From positions 61,472 to 125,471 of the IMG/VR virus record IMGVR_UViG_3300035703_000025: a stretch of 64,000 nt of DNA, one strand, 5' to 3'. The stretch's first letter is position 1. Every line of letters starts with the position of its first letter. The position numbers and the translations under genes were made by a program. The notes beneath the pieces were generated by a model. The model was not told where the DNA came from. It made no database searches and saw only the letters and a program-made list of their open reading frames with translations. Positions 9,374-19,448 of this stretch are shown here, in pieces. The stretch comes from a virus.

Positions 9374-10957
9374 ATGGCAATAGTACTATATAATGGTAAA
9401 TACATTACCCCAGCACCACTTTACAGCCTTTCTGAAAATTATCTCAGAACGACTGATGGCACAGTTCTATCGTCGCAGTTTGAGCTTACACTAAACGGAA
9501 CACTTCTTCCAGATCGCGGGTCTCCAGGACCAACAGGTCAATTTTTTACAACTTTATCTACAGCAGAATCTGTCGATACATCTATTAACACCGATGATAA
9601 AAAATTTGGATCTCTTTTAAAGAAGCAAAGAGCACTTCGTGATCTTTTTACAATCAATCCAGGAGAGCCGAATACTGGCTCCGCTACAAATAAAGTATCA
9701 ACTGAATATTTACTCGAAATAAAAACAGACGACGGAACAACGAGTGTTCTTAAATGTAAGCCGCAAATTTCTAATATTTCATTTGCAGACGCTATTCACG
9801 TTGTAAAAACAGATTACACAATAACAATACTTACAAATGAAATACTTATTGACGGATACACGCCAGTAAATCCTACTTTTGCGCAATCTGAGTTTGGTGG
9901 TTTTAACTTAAAATCAGCTTCTGACTCAATCACTGTTTCTTCCGATAACGATTTTGAAAATTCTTATACTGTTACAAGATCTGTTTCTGCACAAAGCTAC
10001 AAGGCATTTGCTACTGAATATGCAGCTACTGGAAACTTTAGCCCATTCGTAAAAGCAAGACAGTGGGTTGAAAAAAAGGTATCAGAAACAGGCCTGGTTA
10101 ATCCAATAACAATTTACAGTTTATATGCACCGAAGTCAGGATACGAATACGTCGGACATCAAACTTCTGAACAATCAGATCAATACGCCGGATCTTATTC
10201 TATACAACAGACATGGAAGTTTATTAAAACAACTACAAGCGGAGTTCAAGACGATTTTAACATATCAATGACGTCTAGGGCTAGCGGACCAAACGCAATA
10301 AGCAACACCCACGGTTACGATAAATCTTTTAGAGTTTCTGGTGCCATAAAGGGAATTCAGCCAGGACCAACTGGTTATAAAAAAGCAAAAGATTATTTCA
10401 CTAATATAATAGCTGCCAATAATTTTGGTGTGCTAAAAACAAGAATAACAGAAACTGGATCACTAACAAATCCTTACATAACAGGATCTTCATATATTTA
10501 TGGTCCTTATGGTATGACCATTTCTGAAAATAGAAGATCTGCGACTGTAAATTACGAAGCTGAATTCAAGGAAAAAGCAGTAGATTTAACGGGTACAAAT
10601 TTTATAGATTTTGATGTTAATGTTAGCCAAAACACAAAAGAAAACTTTGTTGCTGAAATACCAGTCCCAGGTAGAACAGCAGGCCCCGTTATTCAGGACA
10701 TAAAAACAACAAACACAACAAAGAGAAACATTTCAGCAAATTTTGTCATAGGAACTGGCCTTAAGGCAGATTTTGGCACTATTGGAACTTACAGAAATAA
10801 CGCAAAAGCAATATTAACGACGATAGATGTCTATCCTACTGGAACACAAGGATCAAATTTTTGGCTTACTTCTTTTAGCGAGTCACTTGATATATTTAAA
10901 GGAAATTATTCTTTTAATGCAACTATACTAACTCCAGGACAGGGTGGTACTTTATAA
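9374..10957 (+). CDS. Tail/baseplate structural protein
   Basis: 527 aa, beta-rich and T/S-rich; GAGG RBS; tail module context. Confidence 0.6.
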   Translation: MAIVLYNGKYITPAPLYSLSENYLRTTDGTVLSSQFELTLNGTLLPDRGSPGPTGQFFTTLSTAESVDTSINTDDKKFGSLLKKQRALRDLFTINPGEPNTGSATNKVSTEYLLEIKTDDGTTSVLKCKPQISNISFADAIHVVKTDYTITILTNEILIDGYTPVNPTFAQSEFGGFNLKSASDSITVSSDNDFENSYTVTRSVSAQSYKAFATEYAATGNFSPFVKARQWVEKKVSETGLVNPITIYSLYAPKSGYEYVGHQTSEQSDQYAGSYSIQQTWKFIKTTTSGVQDDFNISMTSRASGPNAISNTHGYDKSFRVSGAIKGIQPGPTGYKKAKDYFTNIIAANNFGVLKTRITETGSLTNPYITGSSYIYGPYGMTISENRRSATVNYEAEFKEKAVDLTGTNFIDFDVNVSQNTKENFVAEIPVPGRTAGPVIQDIKTTNTTKRNISANFVIGTGLKADFGTIGTYRNNAKAILTTIDVYPTGTQGSNFWLTSFSESLDIFKGNYSFNATILTPGQGGTL

Positions 10958-13900
10958 TGCCAGCAGATTCAATAATAGGGTCCCCAATAAAGTTTCTTGG
11001 TTGCTCTGTTGTAAGCTTTAGCTGTAATTTAGGCTTTAATGGCTCACCATCAACCTTAGATGTCCAGCTAGTCGAGGACAACGGAGAAAATTTCACTGGA
11101 CACGGAACTCTTGATTACGCCACAGATGAGCAGGCGCTCATTGCCTCTATAAAAGGCGGCTCTGAGTTTTTAGCTGGAAACCCAGGAAGTTATCATCTTT
11201 TTCAAAATGGTAGTTTTAAGTTTGGTGGCGTTGTTACTAGCTGGCGCCGAACGCATTCGTCTTCTGGAAGGCTAATTAACGTTCAGCTAACTGATCCAAG
11301 AGCAATACTGAAAGACATTCCAGTTATTACAGACCATTGTCCAGCTTTTAGTGGTGGTGCTACTCAATGGGATGGCTACAACGTTGTTACACCACTAAAC
11401 ACATTTGCCAATGCCATTGCAGCAAACTGGACTGCCGATGGAATGATTTGGCGCAACGTTTTAGATACTAGATTGGAGCAACCGACTTATAATTTTTACG
11501 GCAAGCAATACAAAATATCTTTTGACGGAACATTTACATCACGAGTTCCACTTAATTATAGAGTTCAGATACAAAATGCTAGCATCGAAGACTTCATAAA
11601 CAGAGTCGCCAAAGATAATAACATTGACTGGTACGCTGTTTGCGAGTCACTAGAAACAGACAGCACAAAAACCATATCAGTTCGAGGTATTAGCCGCGTA
11701 AATCAGTACGCACTCACCAATGACTCAATAAATACCTTTATAAGCTCTCTATCTAACAAGCTTTCATCATATGAGATTGGTAGAGAATTAAGAACTGATC
11801 CGACAAAAGCAATATTTATTGGTGATAACAAAAGAACATTACACATAAACACAGATCTAACCCAGGTCTACCACATAGACGGTGACGGATATATCTGCGA
11901 TCAGCCATTCATTGATCTTTCATCAATACATTCCGATGATCCATCACTAGTATCTAATTTACCGACTGTCACTCTTGGTGGAATAAGATCGACTAAAACG
12001 GCTGGTGCGGTAAACGCTTCTTCTGTTGGAAACCCAACCACAAATAAAAGCAAATCACAGCTTACTAAGAAGGGCTACATTGCAACAGAAAGAATACTCA
12101 GAGCGGCACTGCACAGCAAAGAAGCTTGGGCCACTGCGATTTGGTATGCTTTTAGAGAGCTTTACGTAAACGGAATAACATATACAACCTACAGTGGTTT
12201 TCATCAAAATAAGTTCATAGCTGGCTCTCATTCTGGATCAACTCAAGCTATAACATTTGGCGCACTAAATGGCATACCGATGAAAATGGGTATATATTCA
12301 CCACCATTCAACCGAGAAAGCCCGTCATTTTCTGATGTTCCAACAACATTTCTAAGTGGATATATTCCAACACCACAGACAGAAGCATTAAAAGAGGCTT
12401 GTTATCAAGCCACTCTTCGTGTCGCACAAGAATATTACGGCAAGGTGTTTGTTGGTTTTATTTTTAACGATCCATCGTTTAGCTCAATAACTGGGGCTGA
12501 TTCTTCCGGCAATAGTGGCTCGTATGTGTACTCTGGTAAAAAAATACCAATGACTTACGAGATAACTGATTCAGCCCCAGATTTAAGCGATCCACAAAAT
12601 GATAGCCTTGTACATAATTTATATGGTCTGCACTTGAATACAGACTCGGGTGCTTTCAGAAGTGAGCAGGGCTTATTTAGGCCGTACTGTGAAATAGACT
12701 TCGGAACCCTTTCTTCAAATAGGCCAGGTACAAGACTAGATAACTTCGACCCAGCCTCTTACTTGAAAGTAAGCAAATCAAATACAACACTTCCATCATC
12801 AAGCTCTGACTGTTACCTTCTTAGATCTGATGTCTCTATAGAACAATATAAATTTGACCCAAGATATTTCGTAGCCACAATAAATGAACCGTTCAATGTT
12901 GGCTTCGATGATATTAGGATCGCGACATATACTGTATACTCATACTCATCTGATCAAAATGCTATAGAATCAGACCCAAGACTTCTTGGTGCAACAAAAA
13001 CAGTTGATGCTGTGACTACAGTTCCAGCGCTTCTCACAACTAAAAAAGACAAAAGCGAGGGCGCTAGAGAGTTTTTATCCTGGATTTACAGCGACTACAG
13101 CATAGTTGCCATAACTGATGATATAGTTCCAGCATCAAAACAAATTTCAGCCAAAAAATACATGGAGATGATAAACAGCTCTTCAAAAATTTGGCAAGAA
13201 AAAATAGGATTAGCAGAGAGAAGATATACTCCCGCAATGGGAGCTGGATTCAAGGTGGCTGTTCCATTAAAGTGGAGGTTTTTAAAATATGGCCCTTTCA
13301 TTGGAAACAATACAAATGTGAACTACAACTTAAGACCAACGCAGGTAATAGACGATACTAGTCTTACGCCATGGAATTATGGAAATGTTGGCAACATGAA
13401 TGTAGCAGGAAATATACTTGCAGATAACTCTTCTGGTCAAGTTTCGACTGTTGGATACGCATCAATAACAGTTGCTGGTCTTCCAGAGTATTCAATAGGA
13501 TACGAAATATCGTCTAATGGCGCGGTGATATCAAATCTTGCAGACATTTCACTTTCTTATGGAACTAGCGGCTTTACTACAACATATAGGTTTAAGACAT
13601 TCTTTGGTCCAACCGGCTTCAGGAGAAAGCAAGAGATAGACTCTGAAAGATCAAATACATTTAGGCTTGCAGACGCAAAGAAAGAGTTCATAAAACTAGA
13701 CTCAATCGTAAAAGATTACGAGCCAGAATCTGGTAAAAAATTCATATACATCGACAGATCACGATCAACACCAGCCACAGTAATAACCTCTGGTCAAGAC
13801 AAAAACACGTCTGTTGACAGCAGCTTCCTGATGTGTAGTACGTCTCCTGGTAGCGAAAAACCAAATGTTTCGATTATTTCGGGCGGTGCAATAAAAGAGA

Positions 13901-14157
13901 TGGTAAACGCTGACGTTTACGGCACTTACACCGCATCTGCATACGCTGGATTGAGTGAAATTTTTACGCCTGTTGGCGGCGCTTATCCAGAAACCCTACG
14001 AGCTTCTGAAACTATAATACCTAGTATACACGGCATACCAATTGGTGGAAGCGTAGCGTTTACTTCAACAGCGGCGCCGGAAGAAACAGAGAGCAAGTAC
14101 ATACCAGTGTTTGAATTGAAGGAATTTGATCAGAAAGTAGCACTGCCGGAAACTTAA
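10957..14157 (+). CDS. Large tail tip/baseplate hub-like protein
   Basis: 1066 aa; FLGCSVVSFSCNLG…STLDVQLVED N-terminus; TAATG coupling to the previous gene. Confidence 0.6.
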   Translation: MPADSIIGSPIKFLGCSVVSFSCNLGFNGSPSTLDVQLVEDNGENFTGHGTLDYATDEQALIASIKGGSEFLAGNPGSYHLFQNGSFKFGGVVTSWRRTHSSSGRLINVQLTDPRAILKDIPVITDHCPAFSGGATQWDGYNVVTPLNTFANAIAANWTADGMIWRNVLDTRLEQPTYNFYGKQYKISFDGTFTSRVPLNYRVQIQNASIEDFINRVAKDNNIDWYAVCESLETDSTKTISVRGISRVNQYALTNDSINTFISSLSNKLSSYEIGRELRTDPTKAIFIGDNKRTLHINTDLTQVYHIDGDGYICDQPFIDLSSIHSDDPSLVSNLPTVTLGGIRSTKTAGAVNASSVGNPTTNKSKSQLTKKGYIATERILRAALHSKEAWATAIWYAFRELYVNGITYTTYSGFHQNKFIAGSHSGSTQAITFGALNGIPMKMGIYSPPFNRESPSFSDVPTTFLSGYIPTPQTEALKEACYQATLRVAQEYYGKVFVGFIFNDPSFSSITGADSSGNSGSYVYSGKKIPMTYEITDSAPDLSDPQNDSLVHNLYGLHLNTDSGAFRSEQGLFRPYCEIDFGTLSSNRPGTRLDNFDPASYLKVSKSNTTLPSSSSDCYLLRSDVSIEQYKFDPRYFVATINEPFNVGFDDIRIATYTVYSYSSDQNAIESDPRLLGATKTVDAVTTVPALLTTKKDKSEGAREFLSWIYSDYSIVAITDDIVPASKQISAKKYMEMINSSSKIWQEKIGLAERRYTPAMGAGFKVAVPLKWRFLKYGPFIGNNTNVNYNLRPTQVIDDTSLTPWNYGNVGNMNVAGNILADNSSGQVSTVGYASITVAGLPEYSIGYEISSNGAVISNLADISLSYGTSGFTTTYRFKTFFGPTGFRRKQEIDSERSNTFRLADAKKEFIKLDSIVKDYEPESGKKFIYIDRSRSTPATVITSGQDKNTSVDSSFLMCSTSPGSEKPNVSIISGGAIKEMVNADVYGTYTASAYAGLSEIFTPVGGAYPETLRASETIIPSIHGIPIGGSVAFTSTAAPEETESKYIPVFELKEFDQKVALPET

Positions 14158-14158
14158 A

Positions 14159-15532
14159 ATGGAAATACCAAAGGACACACACGGTCTAGTACCAGGAGAT
14201 ACGTCTCTTTCAAATTTAAGAAACAGACCAGTTCCACAAGGTGGTGAGCCTGGAACAATAAACCCATTTACAGCAAGATTTATAGGTCTTGCTGGACCAG
14301 TAGCTATTGCTGGTTGGGGATACGATATTTTTGGAAGGCCTGTTCCTGGGGCTGTAAATCTAGCCGAACTTAATGGTATTGAAAGTAGCCCAAAAAACTA
14401 CAGCCAGACAAAGTTTATAACAAAAAACGCAGGAGGCGCAAAGTTTCCGCTCGGTGGAGAGTCTCTTCCAACGCATCATGTAGCTGGAATGCTTGATGTA
14501 AGATACGACCCAAGACACGGGCTTTGGAGAACAAATCATTTTTTCTTAGCAGAGATAACTGGAGTTGTTTCGACAGGCAATAGTGTTTTTTGCAACAGAT
14601 ACGGCTGGAGAGAAATAGAAATACATGAAATCAATCTTCCAGATCCAACAACAAAAAATATGCCAGTAGACACGCTTGACTTTCCATACCCAGCAAGGTC
14701 TTATGTCTCTGGAAATGAAATAAATAACTACGCAATAAATTTAGCCGAATCTTCTGCGAATCAACACGATAGGATTCATCATAAAATACCATCTGGTACA
14801 ATTGTGCAGATGAGATCTATCAATGTTCTTAAATCAAATAACGGTACTGATCCATCTCTTAATGATTATCAGCCGCTTTATATTTTTGAACAGGCTGGAT
14901 ACAATAGTGTCTTTATAAAAATACTAGGGTACGATGGAACTTATCCCGGACCGCTTTCTGAAGGGGATGCGTCTCCGCTTGGTAACGAACCAAACTACAA
15001 TCAGGCGCGAATGCCGACTAGATGGATTTATCAAGGAGTTATAGTTCAGTTTAGCGGTGGTAGAGATCTTCCGCCAGATAGAAGATTCTCAACTCCTTTT
15101 GGTTCTTTTGTTGAAGACGAAACCATACCAATTCAATACAGAAAAGTCCAGTGTGTAAATCTTATAGAGATTGGAAATCCGCCAGGCAGAAGAGGCTTAG
15201 TATGCCCAGGGATTGTTACTGCTACTGGAAACGCAATAACAGCAGCAAACGTTTGGCCGGATGGGGTTCCTGCTGGAATAACGCTTGCTGCTGGAACAAA
15301 GTCCGCATATCCTAAAGGCTTTTCTGTTCAACCAGTTTGTAGTGGTACGATTGTGGAAGCCCGAAGACTCCCCTCACCAAACGGCACAAGCACATACGGA
15401 CCAATATACTATTTTCAAGTAGAAAACGCTCACGATGGCGGGTGCGCAAGCGGAGTTTGGCCTTTCTACGGACACACAACTCAATCACCAATGGAATACG
15501 GATCTGCTAATACTCCAAGACCTGGTGTATAA
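14159..15532 (+). CDS. Tail-associated structural protein
   Basis: 457 aa, Pro/Gly-rich, in the tail operon. Confidence 0.55.
   Translation: MEIPKDTHGLVPGDTSLSNLRNRPVPQGGEPGTINPFTARFIGLAGPVAIAGWGYDIFGRPVPGAVNLAELNGIESSPKNYSQTKFITKNAGGAKFPLGGESLPTHHVAGMLDVRYDPRHGLWRTNHFFLAEITGVVSTGNSVFCNRYGWREIEIHEINLPDPTTKNMPVDTLDFPYPARSYVSGNEINNYAINLAESSANQHDRIHHKIPSGTIVQMRSINVLKSNNGTDPSLNDYQPLYIFEQAGYNSVFIKILGYDGTYPGPLSEGDASPLGNEPNYNQARMPTRWIYQGVIVQFSGGRDLPPDRRFSTPFGSFVEDETIPIQYRKVQCVNLIEIGNPPGRRGLVCPGIVTATGNAITAANVWPDGVPAGITLAAGTKSAYPKGFSVQPVCSGTIVEARRLPSPNGTSTYGPIYYFQVENAHDGGCASGVWPFYGHTTQSPMEYGSANTPRPGV
15525..15532 (+). promoter_or_regulatory. GTGTATWW late-promoter-like motif
   Basis: GTGTATAA, 14 nt before ATG 15539. 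Confidence 0.6.
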
Positions 15533-15538
15533 TACAGT

Positions 15539-16183
15539 ATGGCAACAGTCACTTTTTACGCTAACGAAGGCATAGGCGCAATAAATAGCGGAAGCCAAAA
15601 TTTAAATGGCTCTGGAATAGGTTTTTTTGGAAATGGTGGCGCTTTTGCTAGCGTCAGGATTGGTGAATACCAAGACAGAACATTTGTGTGCGACGCAAAC
15701 GGCACTGCCGTTGGTGCAGAAATAGATAACGTAAAGTATGTAAATGCGACAGGAGCACTAATAAGCAGAGGTGGCACTACAGACGCATCGCTTCCGCTTG
15801 TAAATATACCAAATTACAAATCTACATTGAACATCAGATTTGACCACGGTTCGGCTGTTCGTACTCAAAACGCCAAAGTTCAAATTTACGACAGGACAAA
15901 CGTTAACAACGCACCATCTGGCGTTGTATGCCAAGTTGCTGAAATTGTTCATCCAGAGGTCTCCCAAGCAGTTGTTGGCTCAGGCGACTCGTCTTGGATT
16001 TCCTGCAGTGGATCAACACCATACGTTGACTTAATAGCAAGCCCAGGAATAAGTGGCATAAGAGTATCTGGATCAAATACAACAGAAGCGCAACACGACT
16101 GGTACGTCTGTATTTCAGCTTCACCAACAGGAATAGGTTCGCACACCCAGTTTGGAATATACTTTACAACAGAGTACCTATAA
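15539..16183 (+). CDS. Virion structural protein (paralog of 16183-16854)
   Basis: 214 aa; shares GEYQ, LN(I/L)R, E(I/C)VH, SPG(I/V)SG and HDWY(V/I)C motifs with the next gene. Confidence 0.7.
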   Translation: MATVTFYANEGIGAINSGSQNLNGSGIGFFGNGGAFASVRIGEYQDRTFVCDANGTAVGAEIDNVKYVNATGALISRGGTTDASLPLVNIPNYKSTLNIRFDHGSAVRTQNAKVQIYDRTNVNNAPSGVVCQVAEIVHPEVSQAVVGSGDSSWISCSGSTPYVDLIASPGISGIRVSGSNTTEAQHDWYVCISASPTGIGSHTQFGIYFTTEYL

Positions 16184-16854
16184 TGCCAATTATTGGTCTT
16201 TATGGACAATTTGGCAGCGCAAAAAATGTACTTATTGGATCGTCAAGCAAGTACTTTTCTTCATTTTCAACGGCTCTTGGTTTTGGCGCAGTTGATGCCA
16301 AAAATTCAATAATTTTCCAAAAAGTTGGAGAGTACCAGGGAAAAACATTTATTTCTCCTGGTGACAAAACGGCTATCGCTGAAGAAATAAATAACTCGGT
16401 GTACGAAACGTCATCAACGGCAGACGTAATAAGCCCAGAGCTTGGTTCGTATAAGGATATAAATGTAAACTATATACCAAATAGAGCGGCGCCACTAAAT
16501 CTAAGGGTTTCTGATTTATCATCCATACGAGTCTCTAGCTGCAGAATGTATATAAATGACGGTTCTTCGACTGGAATATCAACTTCATTTTACGACTTCA
16601 AGTGGTACGAGTGCGTACACACAAGTACCGACGAAACAGCACCAGGGTCTGGAGCAGCTTCTTGGTCTTCAATGCCAGCAGGGTCTACTGGGTCTATAGT
16701 ACTCAGAACAAGCCCAGGAGTAAGTGGTTCAAATCCTACAGGAAGCTTGTCGTATTCAACTAGACATGACTGGTATATTTGCTTGAGTCTTACGCCAGCT
16801 AAAACTTTTCAACAATCAACTATGAGCCTTTCGTGTATTATAGACTACGTGTGA
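16183..16854 (+). CDS. Virion structural protein (paralog of 15539-16183)
   Basis: 223 aa; TAATG coupling; shared motifs. Confidence 0.7.
   Translation: MPIIGLYGQFGSAKNVLIGSSSKYFSSFSTALGFGAVDAKNSIIFQKVGEYQGKTFISPGDKTAIAEEINNSVYETSSTADVISPELGSYKDINVNYIPNRAAPLNLRVSDLSSIRVSSCRMYINDGSSTGISTSFYDFKWYECVHTSTDETAPGSGAASWSSMPAGSTGSIVLRTSPGVSGSNPTGSLSYSTRHDWYICLSLTPAKTFQQSTMSLSCIIDYV
16833..16840 (+). promoter_or_regulatory. GTGTATWW late-promoter-like motif
   Basis: GTGTATTA, then GAGG RBS, before 16862. Confidence 0.5.
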
Positions 16855-16861
16855 GGTTAAA

Positions 16862-17071
16862 ATGGAAGACAGCGGGTGGATGGAGTATCGAAAATTAGTT
16901 TTAAACGAGCTTCAGCGCTCTAATGATCGCCTTACTCGTATAGAAAACGACATAGGTGAAATAAAGGAAAAGCTTGCGGTGCTTCAGACAAAAGTTTATT
17001 TTACATCAAGCACGCTTGCATTTTTGATCTCAACAGTAGTAGCATTTTTTACAACGACAATGAAAGCATAA
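16862..17071 (+). CDS. Small coiled-coil protein with C-terminal transmembrane helix (holin/XhlA-like)
   Basis: 69 aa; coiled coil LTRIENDIGEIKEKL followed by hydrophobic LAFLISTVVAFF. Confidence 0.55.
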   Translation: MEDSGWMEYRKLVLNELQRSNDRLTRIENDIGEIKEKLAVLQTKVYFTSSTLAFLISTVVAFFTTTMKA

Positions 17072-17072
17072 A

Positions 17073-17648
17073 ATGGAATACAGATCTTTAAATAAACTCA
17101 AGTTTGTAATATCCCAATCAGCACCGACACAGGTTACCCCCTCTCCTTCACCGTCTGGACCTATCGGTTTACCCCCAATGAGGCCGATTCTTCCCGGGGT
17201 AAATAAATGCGGATCTCCAGACGCAAACAAGGAATCCTGCTCTGCTTGCAATGAGCTTGCTGGAATAACAGCCTCTCTTGGAAATATATCAGATACAATT
17301 GTACGAGGCAACCTAAGAAAGGCAAAAGATGCAGTTGGTGATCTTTGTGCGCTTATTGGTGGATGCTCAACATCACAAGCTGGAAATATAGCGCCATATC
17401 AAGACGGCACATCGTGTTTGTGTTCTGCATTTATGTCACTTATTGCGTCTTTCAAGGGCACTTTTAATGCCGCTTTGCTGCAGACTACCTGGAACGCTAC
17501 ATCTAGAAATAATTTAGCAGAACAGCTCAAGAAACAAGAAACCGTTGCAAAAATAGCAATGACAGAATGCTATAAGCGATATAGAATATCAGATAACAAA
17601 ACATCAAAAGACAAGATATTAGATATAGTCAAAACATATGCTGATTAA
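17073..17648 (+). CDS. Cys-rich protein with basic N-terminal leader and Pro-rich linker
   Basis: 191 aa, 8 Cys, TPSPSPSGP linker. Confidence 0.65.
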   Translation: MEYRSLNKLKFVISQSAPTQVTPSPSPSGPIGLPPMRPILPGVNKCGSPDANKESCSACNELAGITASLGNISDTIVRGNLRKAKDAVGDLCALIGGCSTSQAGNIAPYQDGTSCLCSAFMSLIASFKGTFNAALLQTTWNATSRNNLAEQLKKQETVAKIAMTECYKRYRISDNKTSKDKILDIVKTYAD

Positions 17649-18124
17649 TCTCCACAACCAGCAAATGTGCTTGAAATTATATTTTTACAAATTGTCTCAA
17701 TAACAAAAGCTTCCGATACGGTTATTCGGTGACCAGCCCAAAAACGCTGGTCTCCTTTTTTTGAGCTTACCTCAAAAGCAAATCCGTCGTCTAGCTTATA
17801 AAGCTTCAATATAACATTGCCGCTTTTATTTTGATGGAAAAAGCCCTTGCCCTTTCCAGACTCGTCTGCAGCCCCAAGAAACGCCTTTCTCCCCGAAATA
17901 ACACACGCAATCTCAGCAGCTTCTTCTATATCAAGCTTTACTGTTTCCGAGTCCTCTTTCCATGAAAAACGATTGTTGCCATCACCGTCTTTTTGAGCTT
18001 CTTGCTTTGCAACAGTTAGAAAAAAGTTGCATGTCTTGTGGTTCCACTCCCATGAAGACGCGCATCCTTTTGTGTGATCTTTGGTATTTGGTTTATAGAT
18101 ACGATAAGAAGAGTTGTATTGCAT
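17645..18124 (-). CDS. Whirly/PC4-like ssDNA-binding protein
   Basis: YRIYK, RFSWK…VKL..EEAAEI, FFH and ITVSEAFV motifs follow the Whirly domain pattern. Confidence 0.55.
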   Translation of the reverse strand: MQYNSSYRIYKPNTKDHTKGCASSWEWNHKTCNFFLTVAKQEAQKDGDGNNRFSWKEDSETVKLDIEEAAEIACVISGRKAFLGAADESGKGKGFFHQNKSGNVILKLYKLDDGFAFEVSSKKGDQRFWAGHRITVSEAFVIETICKNIISSTFAGCGD

Positions 18125-18945
18125 TAGAAAATCACCTCACCCTTGATTTGATCTGGAACGATCTGACCACCATTTTCAGGACCTCTGCTAAAGCCGTTTA
18201 GAACATTGATTACTTCGTGTGATTCCTTGTAAGTCAAAGCGTGAATGCTTTCAGCTGAAAGACCGCAGAACTTTATAAGCTTATTCTGATCGATCCCCAT
18301 TCTGTTGCACATTGTATTAATTGCAATTTTCGCGCTATCAGAAATTGGCTTATTGTCATCAATCATCATCGGGTCCATCTCATCCTTTGAGGCGCTTTGA
18401 TTTACTTCCTCAAGGGTATAAACCTTTACTAGACCAATCGCTTTACGTAGTGCGCGAGCTTCTGCTTTTGTTGCAGCTGTGGCAACAGCAGCATTGCAGT
18501 AAGGAAATGGTGTGTTGTCTGGATTTACGTCAAATACGTCACTTACGTACTCTGAATTAAAACCGACAACACCGTGTCTGCGGAACGTAATAGAGCATCT
18601 AACAGTAGCTGTTCTATCTGAAATAGTTGGAGACTTAAGAACATCAACATCAACAGAAGTGATTTTACCGACAAGCTTCTTAAAAATTCTGCGAAGACCA
18701 TCACATGTTGGCATTCCATCCTTGCACTCTTTCTCAGTAAGGTGCGACATGACAAAGTCAGACCACTTTGGATCAGTATCATCAATTACACCAGACTCTG
18801 TTTTCAGCTCTTCTGGAATTTTTGTTGGCTCAGCTTCAACTAGCATAGTCTCAAGATCAGAAATCGGCAAATCGGAAATTAGTGCTTCGGCCTTACCAAG
18901 ATCAACCAGTTTTTTAATCAGTGCTTTTTTGCTCTTTCGTGGCAT
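18124..18945 (-). CDS. Rad52/Sak-like single-strand annealing protein
   Basis: ATVRCSITF…AVATAATKAEARALRKAIGL resembles the Rad52/Rad22 core helix. Confidence 0.5.
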   Translation of the reverse strand: MPRKSKKALIKKLVDLGKAEALISDLPISDLETMLVEAEPTKIPEELKTESGVIDDTDPKWSDFVMSHLTEKECKDGMPTCDGLRRIFKKLVGKITSVDVDVLKSPTISDRTATVRCSITFRRHGVVGFNSEYVSDVFDVNPDNTPFPYCNAAVATAATKAEARALRKAIGLVKVYTLEEVNQSASKDEMDPMMIDDNKPISDSAKIAINTMCNRMGIDQNKLIKFCGLSAESIHALTYKESHEVINVLNGFSRGPENGGQIVPDQIKGEVIF

Positions 18946-19447
18946 ATTGTACTATCCTTATGTAATCCTCTGCAGATTGTGGGAGTATGATGGCTGCTTT
19001 TCCATAAGAACCGCCGTATCTTGAATCAAATACATTTTTGATGTATTCGTTTGGGAAAGCAATTAGATCCGCCCGACCAAAATCTACAGTATTGTTAGAC
19101 CAATCTTCAATATCCATTACCATAGCAATAACTGGCTTTGCTAGATTTACGCTTGAAGTAACAGCTGAAAAAGCCTGTGCAGAAAAGCAAAGAGTTGGTC
19201 CATATATTGAAGAAATATACGAAGCAGAAAAAACAGGAAAAGAAGGAACCGATATTGTGGCCGTGTCACCAAGAGTAAATAAATTAAAAGAAACTCTTTT
19301 TGATGTAAATTCTGAAATAAATTTATTTATCTCGTAATATTTTTGTGTCATGCAGCCATCAATAACAAAGTTTAGATTTGCCCGCTTGTAGAGCGAACCT
19401 AGAAAAAATGTGTCATCTATACAGTTTTCATTCATTACTGCTGTCAT
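18914..19447 (-). CDS. Hypothetical protein, possibly a degenerate GT-B half
   Basis: ADLIAFPNEYIKNVF resembles a GT4 N-domain; lies in the GT cluster. Confidence 0.4.
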   Translation of the reverse strand: MTAVMNENCIDDTFFLGSLYKRANLNFVIDGCMTQKYYEINKFISEFTSKRVSFNLFTLGDTATISVPSFPVFSASYISSIYGPTLCFSAQAFSAVTSSVNLAKPVIAMVMDIEDWSNNTVDFGRADLIAFPNEYIKNVFDSRYGGSYGKAAIILPQSAEDYIRIVQYATKEQKSTD

Positions 19448-19448
19448 T

